Shown here piece after piece: positions 1 to 14,377 of a stretch of DNA of 64,000 nucleotides. The first letter of the stretch is position 1, and the number at the start of each line of letters is the position of its first letter. Below the pieces are notes generated by a model. That model saw only the letters and a program-made list of their open reading frames with translations. It ran no database searches and was not told the DNA's origin. Where the stretch lies: the NCBI GenBank assembly GCA_964016885.1, contig CAXHJY010000307.1:80199-144198 (forward strand). Direction: 5' to 3'. The DNA comes from Eledone cirrhosa (taxonomy: Eukaryota). Position numbers and translations under genes: made by a program.

Positions 1-1947
1 ATTGGACTTTTCTAAAAGGATACCAATATTGCAACTGTTTAACAATATTCTGTGAAGATTTTCATTTTTAAGTTTTCCCAATATATAGTCTTCGTTACCA
101 AATGTAGTTCTCAAACCAAAATATTTTTCCAGATTATTTCCAATACTATTAGCCAGTTCTTCACTATTTGGGGATGTTACAATATAGATATCATAAAGAA
201 AATTTATTATGTTGTCATTATTTGAATGTTCTGGCATTAATTCATTACTGGATTCTGACTTATAGCAATGATACAGATCATAACACTTTCTGAAGTACAT
301 TTTACTAAATTTAATTTGTTTGGAAAGGAAATGCTTAGCTAAATTCATATAAATTTCTTTCTTGAGCTTTATGTGAATTTCATGAGGCTTATCTGTTAAC
401 TTCAGATACATATTAGCTTTAACATATTCCTTGTTTTTACAGAACTTTTTTATCTTCCGTGAAAATTCACTCTTTTCACATTTCTGGAGAAGTTTATCAT
501 AAAGTTCTCCATCAGGCAGTTGTTCTACTGACTGAATTATTTCCAAAAGATGACTATTATATTCCTGACAGCCATTTTCATATATATTAGTCATCATTTT
601 CTTTATTTGCCAAATGTCTTTCAGCCTCTCTTGGAAAGGAAGAAATTCTATAGCAGCATTAACAGCCGTAAGAAACATATCTGCTCCGTCAACTTTTAAT
701 TCTTCTTTTATCTCGTCATTGTTTTCTTCATCTGCTTGTAAATAATATAATTTACCCAACACAATGTAAAATTTAACAAAATCTACTTCATTATCTGGTT
801 TATATTTTTCCGAGTACTTCATAGCATTTTTATATTCTTTCAGAGATATATATAATAATAACAAATCATAAACAACAGCTGAATTTGCGGGACCAATTTT
901 AAGAGATTGTTCATAATGATATTCAGCTTTGTCAATAAATGTATCTCTTTTAAACACCAGGAAGTCTTCAGGACATTTAAGTAAGCGTCCAATCAAATTT
1001 TCTTCATTTGAGAAATTTGGCTTTTTTTTGAAATAAGAATTTGGATTTGATTTTTTTATATACAATAAGCCAAGATGATGATGGGAATATGACGTTTCAT
1101 TAATTTCAATTGCTTTTTGAAACAATTTTTGTGATATTTCAAAGTTATGATTAATTCTATAAAATTCAGCAGTTTTTTCCAAAACAAAACGATCATTAGA
1201 TGAAATATGAAGAGCTTGCTGAAAGTAGGGTTTGGGTTGAGAGGATTTTTCATGAAATAGCCATCTTGTCATTTTAAACAAACCCAACAGTGTTAATGTT
1301 CGTGCCATTAGAGTTTTGTTAACATTGTGGGGGTAAGCCTGTCGTATTTTCTCTAAGCACTGGAATGCCTCTTTAGTATTTTTAATTTTTTCGTCTTTAT
1401 CAAGTGATTTTTTATCCATGCGATAGTGTAACAAAGCTATTGAAAAAAGGTTTTTATATTTGTTTGGACAAACATCAGAAATCTCTTTCAAAATTTTAAG
1501 AGCAATATTATAACTCTTAAATGATGATGACCTACTTAAACAGTAACAAACATTACTTTTACCTTCAGCTTCTAACTTTGCAAAATCCTTTCTTTTCTGA
1601 AGTTTCTCAAGATGATCCAAAACCTCAGTTAGTTTATTTATATTTTCATTGTACAAATGAATGAATGCTAGATTAGTTAATGCCACTAAATTGTCTGGAT
1701 TTTTCTTTTGAACTTCAGTGGCTAATTCTTCAGCTGCAGTTTGTTTCTTTGTTTCCCACATAAGAAATACTTTGAGATTTATCAAATAAGTCTCATCTGC
1801 TGAATCCAATATGTCAGAATTTGATGAATTTTCAATTTTTTGGTAAAGGGCCAACCAAGAATCTTTATTGAAATCAAATGTATAACTCATTATATTTGGA
1901 AAAATTATAATTCTTTCCCGGTACAATTGTAGTGCACTTTCAATATC
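1..1947 (-). CDS. TTC22-like TPR-repeat protein with C-terminal TIR-like domain, large exon 2 (continues past window start)
   Basis: Acceptor ttttcactcAG at 1949-1948, then 649 stop-free codons to base 1: DIESALQLYRERIIIFPNIMS...NPDNLVALTNLAFIH (cf. TTC22 HPGNLNAWANLAHVY from memory)...FQKAIEINETSYSHHHLGLLY...AEYHYEQSLKIGPANSAVVYDL (TPR-like)...YDIYIVTSPNSEELANSIGNNLEKYFGLRTTFGNEDYILGKLKNENLHRILLNSCNIGILL (TIR-like). Confidence 0.85.
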
Positions 1948-2079
1948 CTGAGTGAAAAATAGAAAGTGTATTAGATATATCATTATTTTTATCAATCTCA
2001 TAAAATATATTTATCAGATATGATTTTGTTTATTAATTGAAACAAGGTTAAACCCTTTTTGTATCTGATAGAGCTGATG

Positions 2080-2433
2080 TACTCTGGGGACCAAAATAAT
2101 AGGGGGGGGGGGGTGAATAAGCAGAGGAGCTGGAATAAATGGGGTTGTTGAAAAAACAAAGGGGGAGCTGGAAATCAGTAATTTTTCTAGGTTGTCTCCA
2201 TTGATTTTTTTTTAAAAACTAGAATTAGTCGTTTAGTTTACATATTGAGACCACCCCAACTCATCCTATTTATTTCATGACATACGAGATTTCTAGTAAT
2301 GTAGTTTTTTGTCATGTATAATTTAGCTGGAATTAGATTAACAGAATTTAATAAGCATGGGGGTGGGGTGGAAAAATTTGAAAAATTAATAAGTGGGTGT
2401 GTGCGGGGGGTGGCATTATTCGAGACCCGAGAG
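2080..2433. mobile_element. Non-autonomous DNA transposon (MITE-like)
   Basis: Imperfect terminal inverted repeats TACTCTGGGGACCAAAATAAT / ATTATTCGAGACCCGAGAGT; a related partial copy lies at about 33674-33835. Confidence 0.5.
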
Positions 2434-2949
2434 TTGTTGATGCTCTTTTTAGACTTCTACAATTTCATGTCAAAGTGGGAAGAAATGGAGTGCTAGACAG
2501 TGCAAGTTTTGGGATAGAAGGATTGGTTAGAATGTTAAGTACTATCTAACATGTATGTTGGTGTGTATGTGATTATTTCTAATAATGTATATGTGTGTGA
2601 TGACTACTATATTACTCTATATATGTGTGTGTGTGTTTTTAGATCCTTGACAAGGTCTTGGTTGGCAAATTTGAACTCATTCCATGATCTTCGCCACTCT
2701 TCCTTCAGATCAAAGTTAATCTTTAACAGATATTTTTTTGTCCAAATAAGGATAATGGAAATTTTTTAGGCAAGCCAACATGTTCGCAGCATTACCACGA
2801 GTGATGGCAAGGCTAAGGCGCTGAAACAACAAACTTTAATTCAGACAGTATTTATAGGATTTTGCTAAATATTCTTACCCCAGCACATTAGCCACAAAAT
2901 AGACTGATAGACAAAGAATACCGAAAATAAAATACGGTAAATTTATAGA

Positions 2950-3487
2950 AATATATCTTCACCGATTTTCGTGGAAAATAATTATTTTTTAATCGTGTGC
3001 TATCAATTAAACTTACCTCCTAATATGGCGCAAAGGAGTTTTTGCCCAGTGAAAAGGGCCGAGGGGATAATCCTCAAACGTTTCACCCCGCCGTCCCGGA
3101 GTTTTCTTTACCATTTTTTTCCCCTTCCTTTTTCTGAGTGCTACCTCCTAACATGCTTGCAAAAGAAGGAAAATGGAGGGACACACACGGCATTGTTCCC
3201 ACACCCTCCTGGTGTTTTCTTTATACCCTAATCCTAACCCTAACTCAAACCCCTATTCTAACCTAATCCCAATTCTAACTCAGGGGCTTTACAGCATGTT
3301 TGGAGGTAATATTAGTTGGTAGCACACGGAAAAAAAGGGGGGGGGGAGTTGAACGAGACTTCCCGGGGAAAAGTCCTTTGTACCATATTAGGAATTAAGT
3401 TTAATTGATAGCACACGATGAAACAAAACAAAACAAAAAAACACTCACACAGAAAATAAATTATTTCCCGCTGAAATCAGTGAAGTC
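2950..3487. mobile_element. Inverted-repeat (MITE-like) element with internal degenerate CCCTAA-like repeats
   Basis: ATCGTGTGCTATCAATTAAACTT (about 2992) pairs with AAGTTTAATTGATAGCACACGAT (about 3397-3419); outer CTTCACCGATTT / AAATCAGTGAAG; CCCTAA/CCTAAC variants at 3226-3280. Confidence 0.55.
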
Positions 3488-3535
3488 ATTTTTCTATAAT
3501 ACAACTTAAAATACTGTATGTATTCGGATACTTAC

Positions 3536-3589
3536 GAGAAATACTAATTCTTGTAATTTTCTGGCGATGTTCTCTGTTTCTTTCTCCAT
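3536..3589 (-). CDS. First coding exon of the TPR-TIR gene (MEKETENIARKLQELVFL)
   Basis: ATG at 3589, 18 codons, donor GTAAGT at 3535; phase 0 joins in frame to the exon starting at 1947. Confidence 0.75.
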
Positions 3590-4273
3590 GTTTTTGGTAT
3601 TAATAAAATAAGGAAATAAAAACACAGCTCGTGGCAACAAAAACTTCTGTCTGTCTTGCTTTCTTCTTACACACTTTTATTCTTTTCTAAGACATAGAAA
3701 TGTATAGAAAAGATATATAGTAACTTAAAATACGATCGAAATCTGTGTTTTATAAAAGTTTGAAGTAGAAAATAACAACAGTGTAGTAATACTTATGTAT
3801 CTTTTTATAAGTGTCTCTTATCTGAAATTAAACGAACATTAAATTGAGAGAAAAATGCCAACTACCTTAAATCAATCTATGTAAAGACGGAAGTGAAAAT
3901 ACGTTTTCCGGATAATGGGTGGGATACTAAGTTTTAAAATGTCTCCTAGCTACTTTCATTTTATTGTTTTGCTAGTTTCAATTACTAGATTGTGGCCATG
4001 CTGGGGTACCGATTTAAAGCGATATAGTCGATCATTTAAAATCCTCTCCCAAGTTACCCCCCTGAAAATTCGCATTATGAGATTGTTGTTGTTGTTATAC
4101 TCTTTTACCTGTTCCAGCCATCTGGCTGAGGCCATGCTGGGGCACCGCCCTTAAATAAGTATCATTTTAATTATATTCAGTTTTCATCGCCAATATACTT
4201 TCTTGACAGCTTCAAATAAAACCAGAAAGTTGCAACTTTAATAAAGATGAAAAAAAATAATAATACAAAACAA

Positions 4274-4460
4274 AATAATTGTTTCTACTTTAGGCACAAG
4301 GCCAGCAATTACCCAGTGCATTACTGGTACTTTATTTTATCGACCCGGTAAGGATGAAAGGCAAAGTCAACCTCGGCGGGATTTGAACTCAGATCGTAAA
4401 GGGACGTAACTATGCTGGAAAGCATGGCGTCCGACCCTCTACCGATACTGCCAATCCACC
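4274..4460 (-). mobile_element. tRNA-derived SINE (family A)
   Basis: Minus strand GGTGGATTGGCAGTATCGG...GAGTTCAAATCCCGCC (Pol III A/B boxes), then GCCTTTCATCCTTAC..GGTCGATAAAATAAAGTACCAG and an AATTATT tail. More than 12 copies in the window (e.g. about 11375, 12557, 16405-16860, 22930, 23130, 25085, 26195, 26410, 37838, 40143, 43918, 51123). Confidence 0.85.
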
Positions 4461-4734
4461 AAAATAATTAAGACTTGTTTGATTCACAGAATTCACAAAG
4501 AAAAGGCACGCCTTCTTACCTTTACGAACATCTGACTATGTTAATGCCCACATTTTCTTACTATTTCTAGTGATACTGCTATTGATAAATAATTACGACA
4601 ATAAAATGGGAAGAGTAATTCTTCTCTCGCTGTTTCTTTATTCTGTGTTTATGGTTTATGTTAATTGTTATATAAATAGAGTTACCGCCCTTTGCCGATA
4701 CAACTCCAACAAGGCGTGATGAAGTGAGGGACTA

Positions 4735-7655
4735 AAACAACTAAGAATGGAAATGACTAGGTCATTAAAAAAAAATGGAAATACCATTCTACAGATTCCA
4801 ATTATGAAAATATATAAAAGACTAAAGAAAAGGTTTAAAAGGTAAATAAAACAAGCCAAAAATTATTTCTGGGCTAGCAAAGCTAACCTGGAGTCCATGG
4901 GTGATATATGTGACATATACAACTCAATGATCAAACCCCACAAAACGGATCAAGAGTTATTGATACATAACCACAATGGTGAGGTAATCTCAGACACTTC
5001 CAAACTCTCTTCGATATTTACAGAATCATTTTTTGGCAATGCTTCATTTACAGAATCCACTACCTATTACAAAGCTTCTGATCCTTTCACTCCAAACACA
5101 GATCTCCCTCCCATTATTGAACAAGAACTACTAGCAATTATGGATGAATTAAAATGGAAACAGCCACAGGCCCAAATGGAATCATAAATGAAACATGGAG
5201 AGTAATACATGAAATAGTGCTAAACTTATTTAATAGTATAATTAAATTTCAACACCATCCAGATATATGGAAATTTACTCACACGTCAGTAATACCGAAA
5301 CCAAATAAATATAACTACCACTCTACCAGATCATACCATCCAATAGCTTTACTAAGCAATCTTTCTAAAATACTAGAAAAAGCTTTAGGCAATAGATTAT
5401 CTTACTTAGGAGAGGCAATGAACATTTTCCCCAAATCCCAGTTTGGATTTTGAGTAAATAAAAACACTGAGAACTGTGTACATGAAATAACCATATTCAT
5501 CAGAAACTCAAAACTCTTGAAAAAATGGACCAGCTTGATCTCACTAGACATAAAGTGAGCTTATGACAATTTGGTTCATGATACTCTAGTAAAAAAATTA
5601 TATAAATTTGAAATCCCAAAATATCTCTCTAACTGGGTTGAAAGCTTTCTCACTCATCATAGTACAAGTCTGATTTTTGGAAATGAGAAAAGCAAAAACA
5701 TTTACCTTTTAAAGGGTCTCCCACAGGGATCGCCATTCTCACCCATTCTCTTTCTATATTACACAACAGACTGATCTCTAAATAAAATTGTAGAAGTATC
5801 AGATTTTGCAGATGATATCAACTTATATACTTCATCCAGTTTCATCAACAACAACTGCAACTGAATGGGCAAAAGAAAAACACAACTGGTTCATTTCCAT
5901 AATCCTGAATTCATCAATTATCAATGCAATGAAATATGCTGGATGAACCCACTTCTGATACCACAAAAATCCATCAAGACACTAGGCATTTGGTTACAAT
6001 CTGACTTGAAATGGGAAACTCATCTCAAACACACACTAAAAAAATGACTTCAACATGGCATGCAATTAAAGTAATCTCAAAGAAATTCCAATGTCTAACA
6101 TACAACCACTTGAGACTGTATAATAAGGGAGTCATCATCACTCAATTGTTGTATGGCAGCTGGGTTTGGAGTCACATAAGTACTAGTTGTCTTCAAGCTA
6201 TTGATAGATTCCGTACCGAAATTGGCAAAAACTATACTGGGATGCCTAAGATCTACTCCCAAGATAGCAAGTTCTCATGAGCAGGGTTAACCTCAACTCA
6301 CTTGTTGATAGAAGATTCCAGGAAACATAAATTGCTAACTGCTCAGTTTAAATGCAGCATGATACTTGGCTTCTTCCATGGAAGAAGCCAAGTATCATGT
6401 TGATTTCTTTTGCATTTAAACTGAGCAGTTAGCAATTTGCATTTCCTCTATCAACAAGCGAGTTGGGGTTAACCCTGTTTTAAAGTAATGATCAAAAGCA
6501 CAAAAGAGGAAACAAAGGAACTCCATAACACTATCACAGAATCAATCTCTTTTAACAGTTGGCTCTGCTACACAGATTGGGGACATTCAGACAAGAGAGT
6601 GGGTTGGGAAGGCACTTGGTCTTTCAAAAGTAATTATAAAGATATGAACTTCAGATTACATCGGGATTACACTATATTTGATGCAGAATTGTGGGGAATT
6701 ACATTATCCATAGATTCAGCTAAGGAATTTCCCTGGAAAAATGGTTTTCTATTTACTGACAGTCTATCAAACCTAGAACTGCTTCAGTCAAGAAAAAGGG
6801 GTCGGGTTAGAGATATTGAGAACTCTCTGCTAAAAATAGATAACTACCTCCCAGAAATTAATAAAGAATTAACAGTGATTTGGATAGTGGGCCATACAGA
6901 TATTAGAAGTAATAGGAAAGTAGACAAATTAGCAAAAGAAGCACAAAGGAAAATAATAAATATAGACTCCATCCTAAATCTTTCACAGGTAAAATCATTT
7001 AGCAAATAAATAATTAGTCAAGTGTGGGAAACATTTTGGAAAGAATCCAGAGATAAGCTCACAAATTTCAGTTCCCCACTTTCTCAACCAGATTTGACAA
7101 CATTCAAAACTTATCGATCATTGAGTAATGCAAATAAAAAAAGACTATGCTGGCTTCCAACTGGACATATACCTTTCAAATACATTCAATCAAGAACAGG
7201 TTGTAGAGATTCACCTCTATGTTCTTGTGGTGATTCTCCAGAAACTCTTTGGCATTATTTGTTCCCATGCAGAAACTATCAGTCTGAGAGAGAGGCCATA
7301 TTGAAACCAAGATTGTAAATTCAATATTTGATTACAGGTCTACCAAATATAAATAAAATCTTTGAGTACATGGAAGCTATGAAAAGATTCAACAAGAGAA
7401 ACTTCTAGCAGTTTTACAGCTTCCCAGTTTCCTATTTTCTTTTTCGTTTTCTTAGGCATAATCTGCCTTCCATTGGCCTTCAATATTTGAAATGTTATTT
7501 TATTTTTTCTCCCTTTTCTCTTTTTTTATTTTATTTTTATTACTTGTCTCATTAGCTCTTTTTGATTACCAACTGTAAAGAGTACTCGATACTTCCCCGA
7601 GACTGCATTGGCTTACTAGCTCTATACAGACGTTTAAATTGAATAAATAAATAAA
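4735..7655 (+). mobile_element. Decayed 5'-truncated LINE with RT, RNase H and CCHC (I-group-like)
   Basis: Frameshifted pieces: SYHPIALLSNLSKILEK, PKSQFGF, GLPQGSPFSPILF, FADD (about 5805), RNase H YTD..AELWGI..FTDS..WIVGH..VDKLAK, CSCGDSPETLWHYLFPC; ends in (TAAA)n at about 7642-7655. Confidence 0.9.
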
Positions 7656-8195
7656 GTATATATATAAATAAATATAATATTGAGAGGTGAATACACAAAA
7701 CAATGTGTTTTCAATTACAGTGGGTATAAGACCACTAGAGTGAAAAACAAACTACAAAAGGCTTGGGAAATACATTATAATTAAAAAGATAAACACAAGT
7801 TTTTAACTCCATTGCTTCATTTGATATATATATATATATATATAGATATATATTCATGTATATACTTGTGTAAAAGTTGAATCTTTTGGACCATATTTTA
7901 AGGTTAAATTTATAGGCTTGACTGTTACATGTCTACTAGTTTTGGGGATATTACTATTTGAAATTCAAGCTAGAATCCAAAGTACCATATCAGTAGCAAA
8001 AGCTCAACTTATCTCTAAATGAATAAAAACAAAGACACATTAAATTAGTGTTACTTCTATGTGCAGGATGATACCTTGACCACAAATGTTGACCAGTTAT
8101 ACTAGGATTGACTTATGAAAAATTCCAGATTTTTTTAGCCAAAAATAGGACGCCGACTTTTACCTGAGATCAACCAATACTCGAGTGTACATCGT

Positions 8196-8970
8196 ATACA
8201 AGGTATGTCAGAAAATAAATAGGACTGGGATCATAAAAAATATTTCAAATCCAAACTACAAGTTTTCCCCTTCGAAATAATCCCCCTTGAGTGTAACACA
8301 CTATCCTTCTCCACCACACCTCCATGCACTTCTGGAAGGATTCTCTGCAGCTCTATCATCTGGGACATCCTGATGGCTTCCACATCAGAAAATGGGTCCC
8401 CTTAATGACCCTCTTGAGCTTGAAGAAAAGGAAAAAAAAATCACAGAGCCTAGTCGGGTGAGTAGGGAGGTCGTTCCACCATGGCGATGTTCTTCTCAGT
8501 CAAGAACTGCCAGATGCTCAGGGTGCTGTGTGCTGGCACATTGTCATGGTGAAGCAGCCACAATTTGTCCTGCTATAACATTGAACAAAGCGATCGCTGC
8601 AGGATCTTTTTGTGAACATACTGGTTGATTATCAGGCCCCATAGCAAAATCTTCATGTAGTTGATTCAAGAATGTGATCAATATGAGTTTTGTCTTTGGA
8701 TTTCAACTGTCTTGCTTTTTTTTGGCCTCGGCAAATCTGGACTCATCCACTGAAGACTGTGGGTCATACTCGAAGATCCATGGTGACTCACCCCAGCAAG
8801 TCTGGTTTGGTTTCAAGACAATCTAAGATGTCTTGACATCTCTATATCTGCTGCTCCTTCTGGTCATTGTTCAACACCGACTTCGCACAAATCTTCCGTA
8901 TGTCCAAATCTTCAGTTATAATCTTACAAAGGCTGTTGTGGTTAATGCCCAGCTCACTCACGATCAGTCA
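8196..8970 (-). mobile_element. Decayed mariner transposon
   Basis: Minus-strand translation near 8560-8390 gives WLLHHDNVPAHSTLSIWQFLTEKNIAMVERPPYSPD*A..FF.LK, the mariner HDNA / PPYSPDLAP motifs. Confidence 0.8.
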
Positions 8971-9059
8971 GCAGTTTAAATATATATAAACATATAAATA
9001 TATATAAATTATTTCCTCAGTGCTTTCATAAGTTTGAAAATTTGAGCTTCACATGCAAC

Positions 9060-9096
<37 letters not shown>

Positions 9097-10315
9097 AACG
9101 ATCAACTTTCGTCAAATCGAACCGGAAAAACAATGTTTCCATTGATCTTTCCAATTGCTAATACTATCTATTGGTCGCAACTCCAGGTAGAAGGAGCAAC
9201 GTGAAATAATGTGCCTTGCTCAAGGACATAATGCATCGCCCTGTCCAGGAATCGAACTCATAACCTCACGATTGTGAATCCGATTCTCTAACCACTCAGC
9301 CACGCGCCTCCACACACACACACACACACACACATATATGTTAATTTCAAATATGTTATTGAAATTAATATATAACAGCTGTGTGTGAATATGTATGTAC
9401 GTGTGTGTGTGTGTGTGTATATATCATCATCATTACTATTTAACGTCTATTTTTCCATTTTCCATGCTTGCATGGAGACAATGTGAGACAAGTCAGATGA
9501 AATAATCATGTTTTGCTCACACAGAACTGTTTCTGGCTTTGTTTCTGCAGCTGGATGTCCTTCCTAATGCCAATCACATATACAGCATGGACTGGATGCT
9601 TTTTATCATGGCATCAAATGTGTATGTGTGTGTGCATGTGTATGTCTGTGTGTCTGTGTGTATTAGCATACTACATTTCAAAAGAGTTCATGGTAAAAAT
9701 ATATTAGAATTAATTCCTTGATTAAAACATTCTATGTAATGCTGTCCGAATCTTTGAATTTCCTTTTGTCATTCCAGCCATTGCTAAATTTAATATTACA
9801 TTCAATAATGTTATTGTATACTTTCTGTAATTGTTTTCAAACCTATATCCATTAAATATTCATGATATTGTTTTACTGAGATATCAGTCTTTGGACTGCT
9901 ATTGAGATTCATACTCTGTTGTTGATCTTGTTCAACATAGATGAATTGGTAATTACAGTATAAATAGATAGCTATAGATAGACAGTCAAAAAAACAGATA
10001 GCCAGGCAGGCAAATAGATATAAAGATAAGTAGGGAGACAGATAAAGAGACAGGGAGTCTCACAATTAGGTTGGTAGCTAGACAGATAGATACATGCATA
10101 CATAGATATATATATTCACACACACACATAGATAGACAGCCAAGATGGCTGGATAGGTAGATAGATAGATAGATAGGTAGACTGTTATATAGATATACAT
10201 ACATATCAAATGTGTTGTTTTTATTGTCCGAAGATATTTTTGTTTATATAAATACTTATGTATGAATAAATAATATATGCATGTATATATAAATATATGT
10301 CTCTCCATAAAGGGT

Positions 10316-10640
10316 AAAGACCCCCTTTGGTCAGGAGTGATCATGGGATTGGCACCTAGAAATTTCCTTCCGAGGCACAAGTCTGAGCAAGGTTGTATGT
10401 GGAAGACCAGCAGTTGTCCATGCATACTAATCTCCCCTCTCCATGCCACAAATGATGTCTGAGAAAGACAATGGCCAATACAGCTTGACACCAGTGACGT
10501 CGCAACTCATTTCTACAGCTGAATGAACTGGAGCAACCTGAAATAAAGTGTCTTGTTCAAGAACACAACGCAAAGCCTGGTCCGAGAATCAAACTCACAA
10601 TTGTAAGCCTGATGCTTTAACCACTAAGCCATGCGCCTAT
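10316..10640 (-). mobile_element. tRNA-derived SINE (family B)
   Basis: GAACTGGAGCAACcTGAAATAAAGTGTCTTG..AAGAACACAA...CCACTAAGCCATGCGCC; related copies at about 9185-9310, 17550-17790 and 27790-28100. Confidence 0.65.
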
Positions 10641-11840
10641 ATTTATATATGCATATATAAATATATGTTGATGACAAAACAAACAGCTAATATTTACTGT
10701 TTATCTCTGAATATTGATACTGTGACACACACACATGAAAAGTAAGAGAGAAAACCATGCTAAGAGCTCTTGATTTTTTTCCCGTTCTTTTGTTATTTTT
10801 TTTTTAGTATTTTGCACATTACACAAAGTAGTTAATACATGACCCTAGTGTTTTATTATAATAGATATATAAAGGAAAAAACAAAAACCACACCACACAG
10901 ATTTCATAGCAAGTTTTAATTGAAGGAATAAAATTTTTAAGTAACTAAAACAAAAAAAAGTGAAACAATATCACAGTGAGAAAAAAAATAATAACCACAA
11001 CAATACATGAAATGTGGGCCTAAACAACTATTAATTGATATTTAAAATAGAAAAATAATCAACTAAATAGAAAATTAATGTTTCACTGCCTAATTCATTT
11101 GATGTGTCAATTTAATGAGTATATTTCTCAACTGTATAAAGGTGGATAGCATAGTATATAAGGTGTTCGACTCATGATAGCAAAGTCTTGAGTTCAATTC
11201 ACAGGACTGCATTGTCTCCTTGAGCAAGACACTATATTTTAATGTTTCTCCAGTCAACTTAGCTGGAGGAAATGAGCAACTGTACTTATACTTCAAAAGA
11301 GCTAGCCAGGTTTCCCTGAGAACTACATTAAGGAAGGTGTGGGTGGGGCAGATGCTCAGCTACTTATAATGGTTTCTGATTTAGGTACAAGGCCGGCAAT
11401 TTAGGAAGGAGAGGAAAGTTGATTAAATCAACTCCAGTGTGTTACTGGTACTGTATTTCATCAACGACCTTTTAAGAATGAAAGGCAAAGCTAACCTTGG
11501 AGGGATTTGAACTCAGAACGTAAAGGGCCGTAACTACATATCACAAAACATGTTGCCCGACACTATCGATTAATACCAATCAACCGCCGTTCAGCCACTT
11601 ATAATATATAAGATGGTCTGTATCTGTAATTCTAAGGTCCAATCTTGTCACACACTGTGTCATGCTGAATCTCCCTGATAACTAGGTTAAAGGTAGACGT
11701 AACTGTGGAATGCTCAGCCACTTATATCACGACACAAGATGGTCTGCACCTGTAATTTTAAAGTCCAACCTTGTAACACTGAGTCTTGAGAGCTATGTTA
11801 AGTGACTGAGCATTTAATGTGCTGATAATGATGATGATGA

Positions 11841-11906
<66 letters not shown>

Positions 11907-13529
11907 TACATATATATAAATAATATATATATATCCATATATATATATAGTATATGTTTATATAATATATTATTTATATATCCATATATATATATAGTAT
12001 ATATTCATTTATATATGTGTATATATGTGTGTGTATGTATGTGTGTATGTGTGTGTATATATACACATACATATATGCTTTCCAGTATGTTAGTTTTAAA
12101 TTTATTTAAGTAGATAAACTCAATATACTATTCATTAAGATACTTACTATTTAACATAAAAGATGTTTATAGTATCTTTATCAGTGGACAGCTTGTTGTG
12201 AAAATGTGTTGTTAAACAGAAGCTTCAACATTTAATGTGATGCAGTCATAGTGTTGGCTTGTACATCCCAAAAATAACTTGCTCATGTACTTACATGTGG
12301 TTTGTTAATTCAAATGTTTATAGTATCTTTACTAGGGGACAGATCGTTGTGAAAATTTGCATCAAACTAAAATAACGATTTTAACTTTTAACGCAATGCA
12401 ATTAAATTATTTTTGTTTTTTTAAGAATGTTTTTCTAATGAGGTTTTAAATGTTTGCAGTATCTTTACTAGTGGACAGATCTTTTTGAAAATTTGCAATA
12501 AATTAAAGACTTGTAGTACACCTGAGCACTGTACACAATAAATTTCATTTCATTATATAATTGTTTCTACTTTTAGCACAAGGCCAGCAATTATCCAAGT
12601 ATATTACTGGTACTTTATTTTATCGACCCCGTAAGGATGAAAGGCAAAGTTAATCTCGGCGGGATTTGAACTCAGACTGCAAAGGGCCGTAACTCTATGC
12701 TGCAAAGCATGGTATCTGACCCTCTACTGATACTGCCAATCCACCCCCCATTTCATTATATAATGCAGTTTCATTAAAAATGCTAATGTGATCTCATGTG
12801 GTAAAGAACACACTGTACAATATATGACTTGATATAAAAAATGTAACGCGTTGGTCAAGGCTGGAATCCCTTTTTATCATAGATAAGCTCAATCAAAGCT
12901 AATCTCGGACTAAACAGAAAACAACAATGATCTGAATGTTATGAACTAGTGAGGGAGATTATTATGTGGTTGTTTGATATATTAGAATTAGCAGCCATAT
13001 AAGTTATCACCTCAAGTTATCACCCTATGGTTTTGAAAGAAACATACAAAAACAAAAACAAAAGCACACAATGTGTAGAATATGTATATGATGGGGAAGG
13101 GGAAGGCAGCTTTAATCATAGACATGCTCATTCACAGAGATGACCCAGGGCGAAATAACAACATCATCATCATCATCATCATCATCAATAACGACATTGC
13201 TGCCGCCAAAATGTTTGACATGGCTATGACGGTAAAGATAAAGAGACCATGTGTTGGTGGTGTTGTTATTTGATCCCTGGATCAAAGTGTATTGGATAAA
13301 CCAATCAGAAAAATTGCACTTGACATAATGAGCCTGGTTATTTAGGACTACAGTAGCCAATATATATATATATACTTCCTTGTTTAAGTTGATTGGAAGG
13401 AAATTTGCTTGCTATTTCTAGCAGGTCGAACACGTGAAAAAGGCAAGTAGCATGAAAAATACATTCTACCAATATTCTGCAATGAGGTTATATAGAAGCA
13501 ATGTGGCATATAATTTATACTAATATACA

Positions 13530-13539
13530 TATATGTAAA

Positions 13540-13572
<33 letters not shown>

Positions 13573-13821
13573 TTATACATATATGTACACACACACACAT
13601 ATGTATATATATACATGTTTATACGTATATATACACACACACGTGTATATATATATATACATGTTTATACATATATGTACATGTATATATATATAATATG
13701 TTTACATATATGTACTTACAGGTATGTATATGTAGATGCATGTATATAGATGTACCTGTATATATATATATATATATAACCTCATATATGTACTTACATG
13801 TGTATATATGTTCATACAAGT

Positions 13822-13856
<35 letters not shown>

Positions 13857-13886
13857 CTCTACAAATATATATATGTACACATGTAC

Positions 13887-13917
<31 letters not shown>

Positions 13918-13928
13918 TTACATATATC

Positions 13929-13959
<31 letters not shown>

Positions 13960-14198
13960 CATACATTATACATATATATGTATATATATATATATACATA
14001 CATTACATATATATATATATAAATATATACATTATGTATTTGAAAAGGAGGTACAGTTCTAGACAAAACAGAGGTTATAGAAAAAAGAATGGGTGTAAAG
14101 AGAATCCTTTTTCTTCTTTAAATATATTTCCGTGCTGTTTACATCCTACCTTTTTCTATACATTACTTAAATATATATATATATACGTATATATATAT

Positions 14199-14235
<37 letters not shown>

Positions 14236-14316
14236 CATATATATATATATATATATATATATACATTACACACACATATATATGTATGTTCATACAATAC
14301 AAATATAAATATATAC

Positions 14317-14377
<61 letters not shown>

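Noticed and set aside
1056-1253. 65-aa minus-strand ORF from the track
   Set aside because: Out-of-frame shadow inside the real TPR exon.
3226-3280. Telomere-like CCCTAA repeats
   Set aside because: Short, degenerate and internal to an inverted-repeat element.
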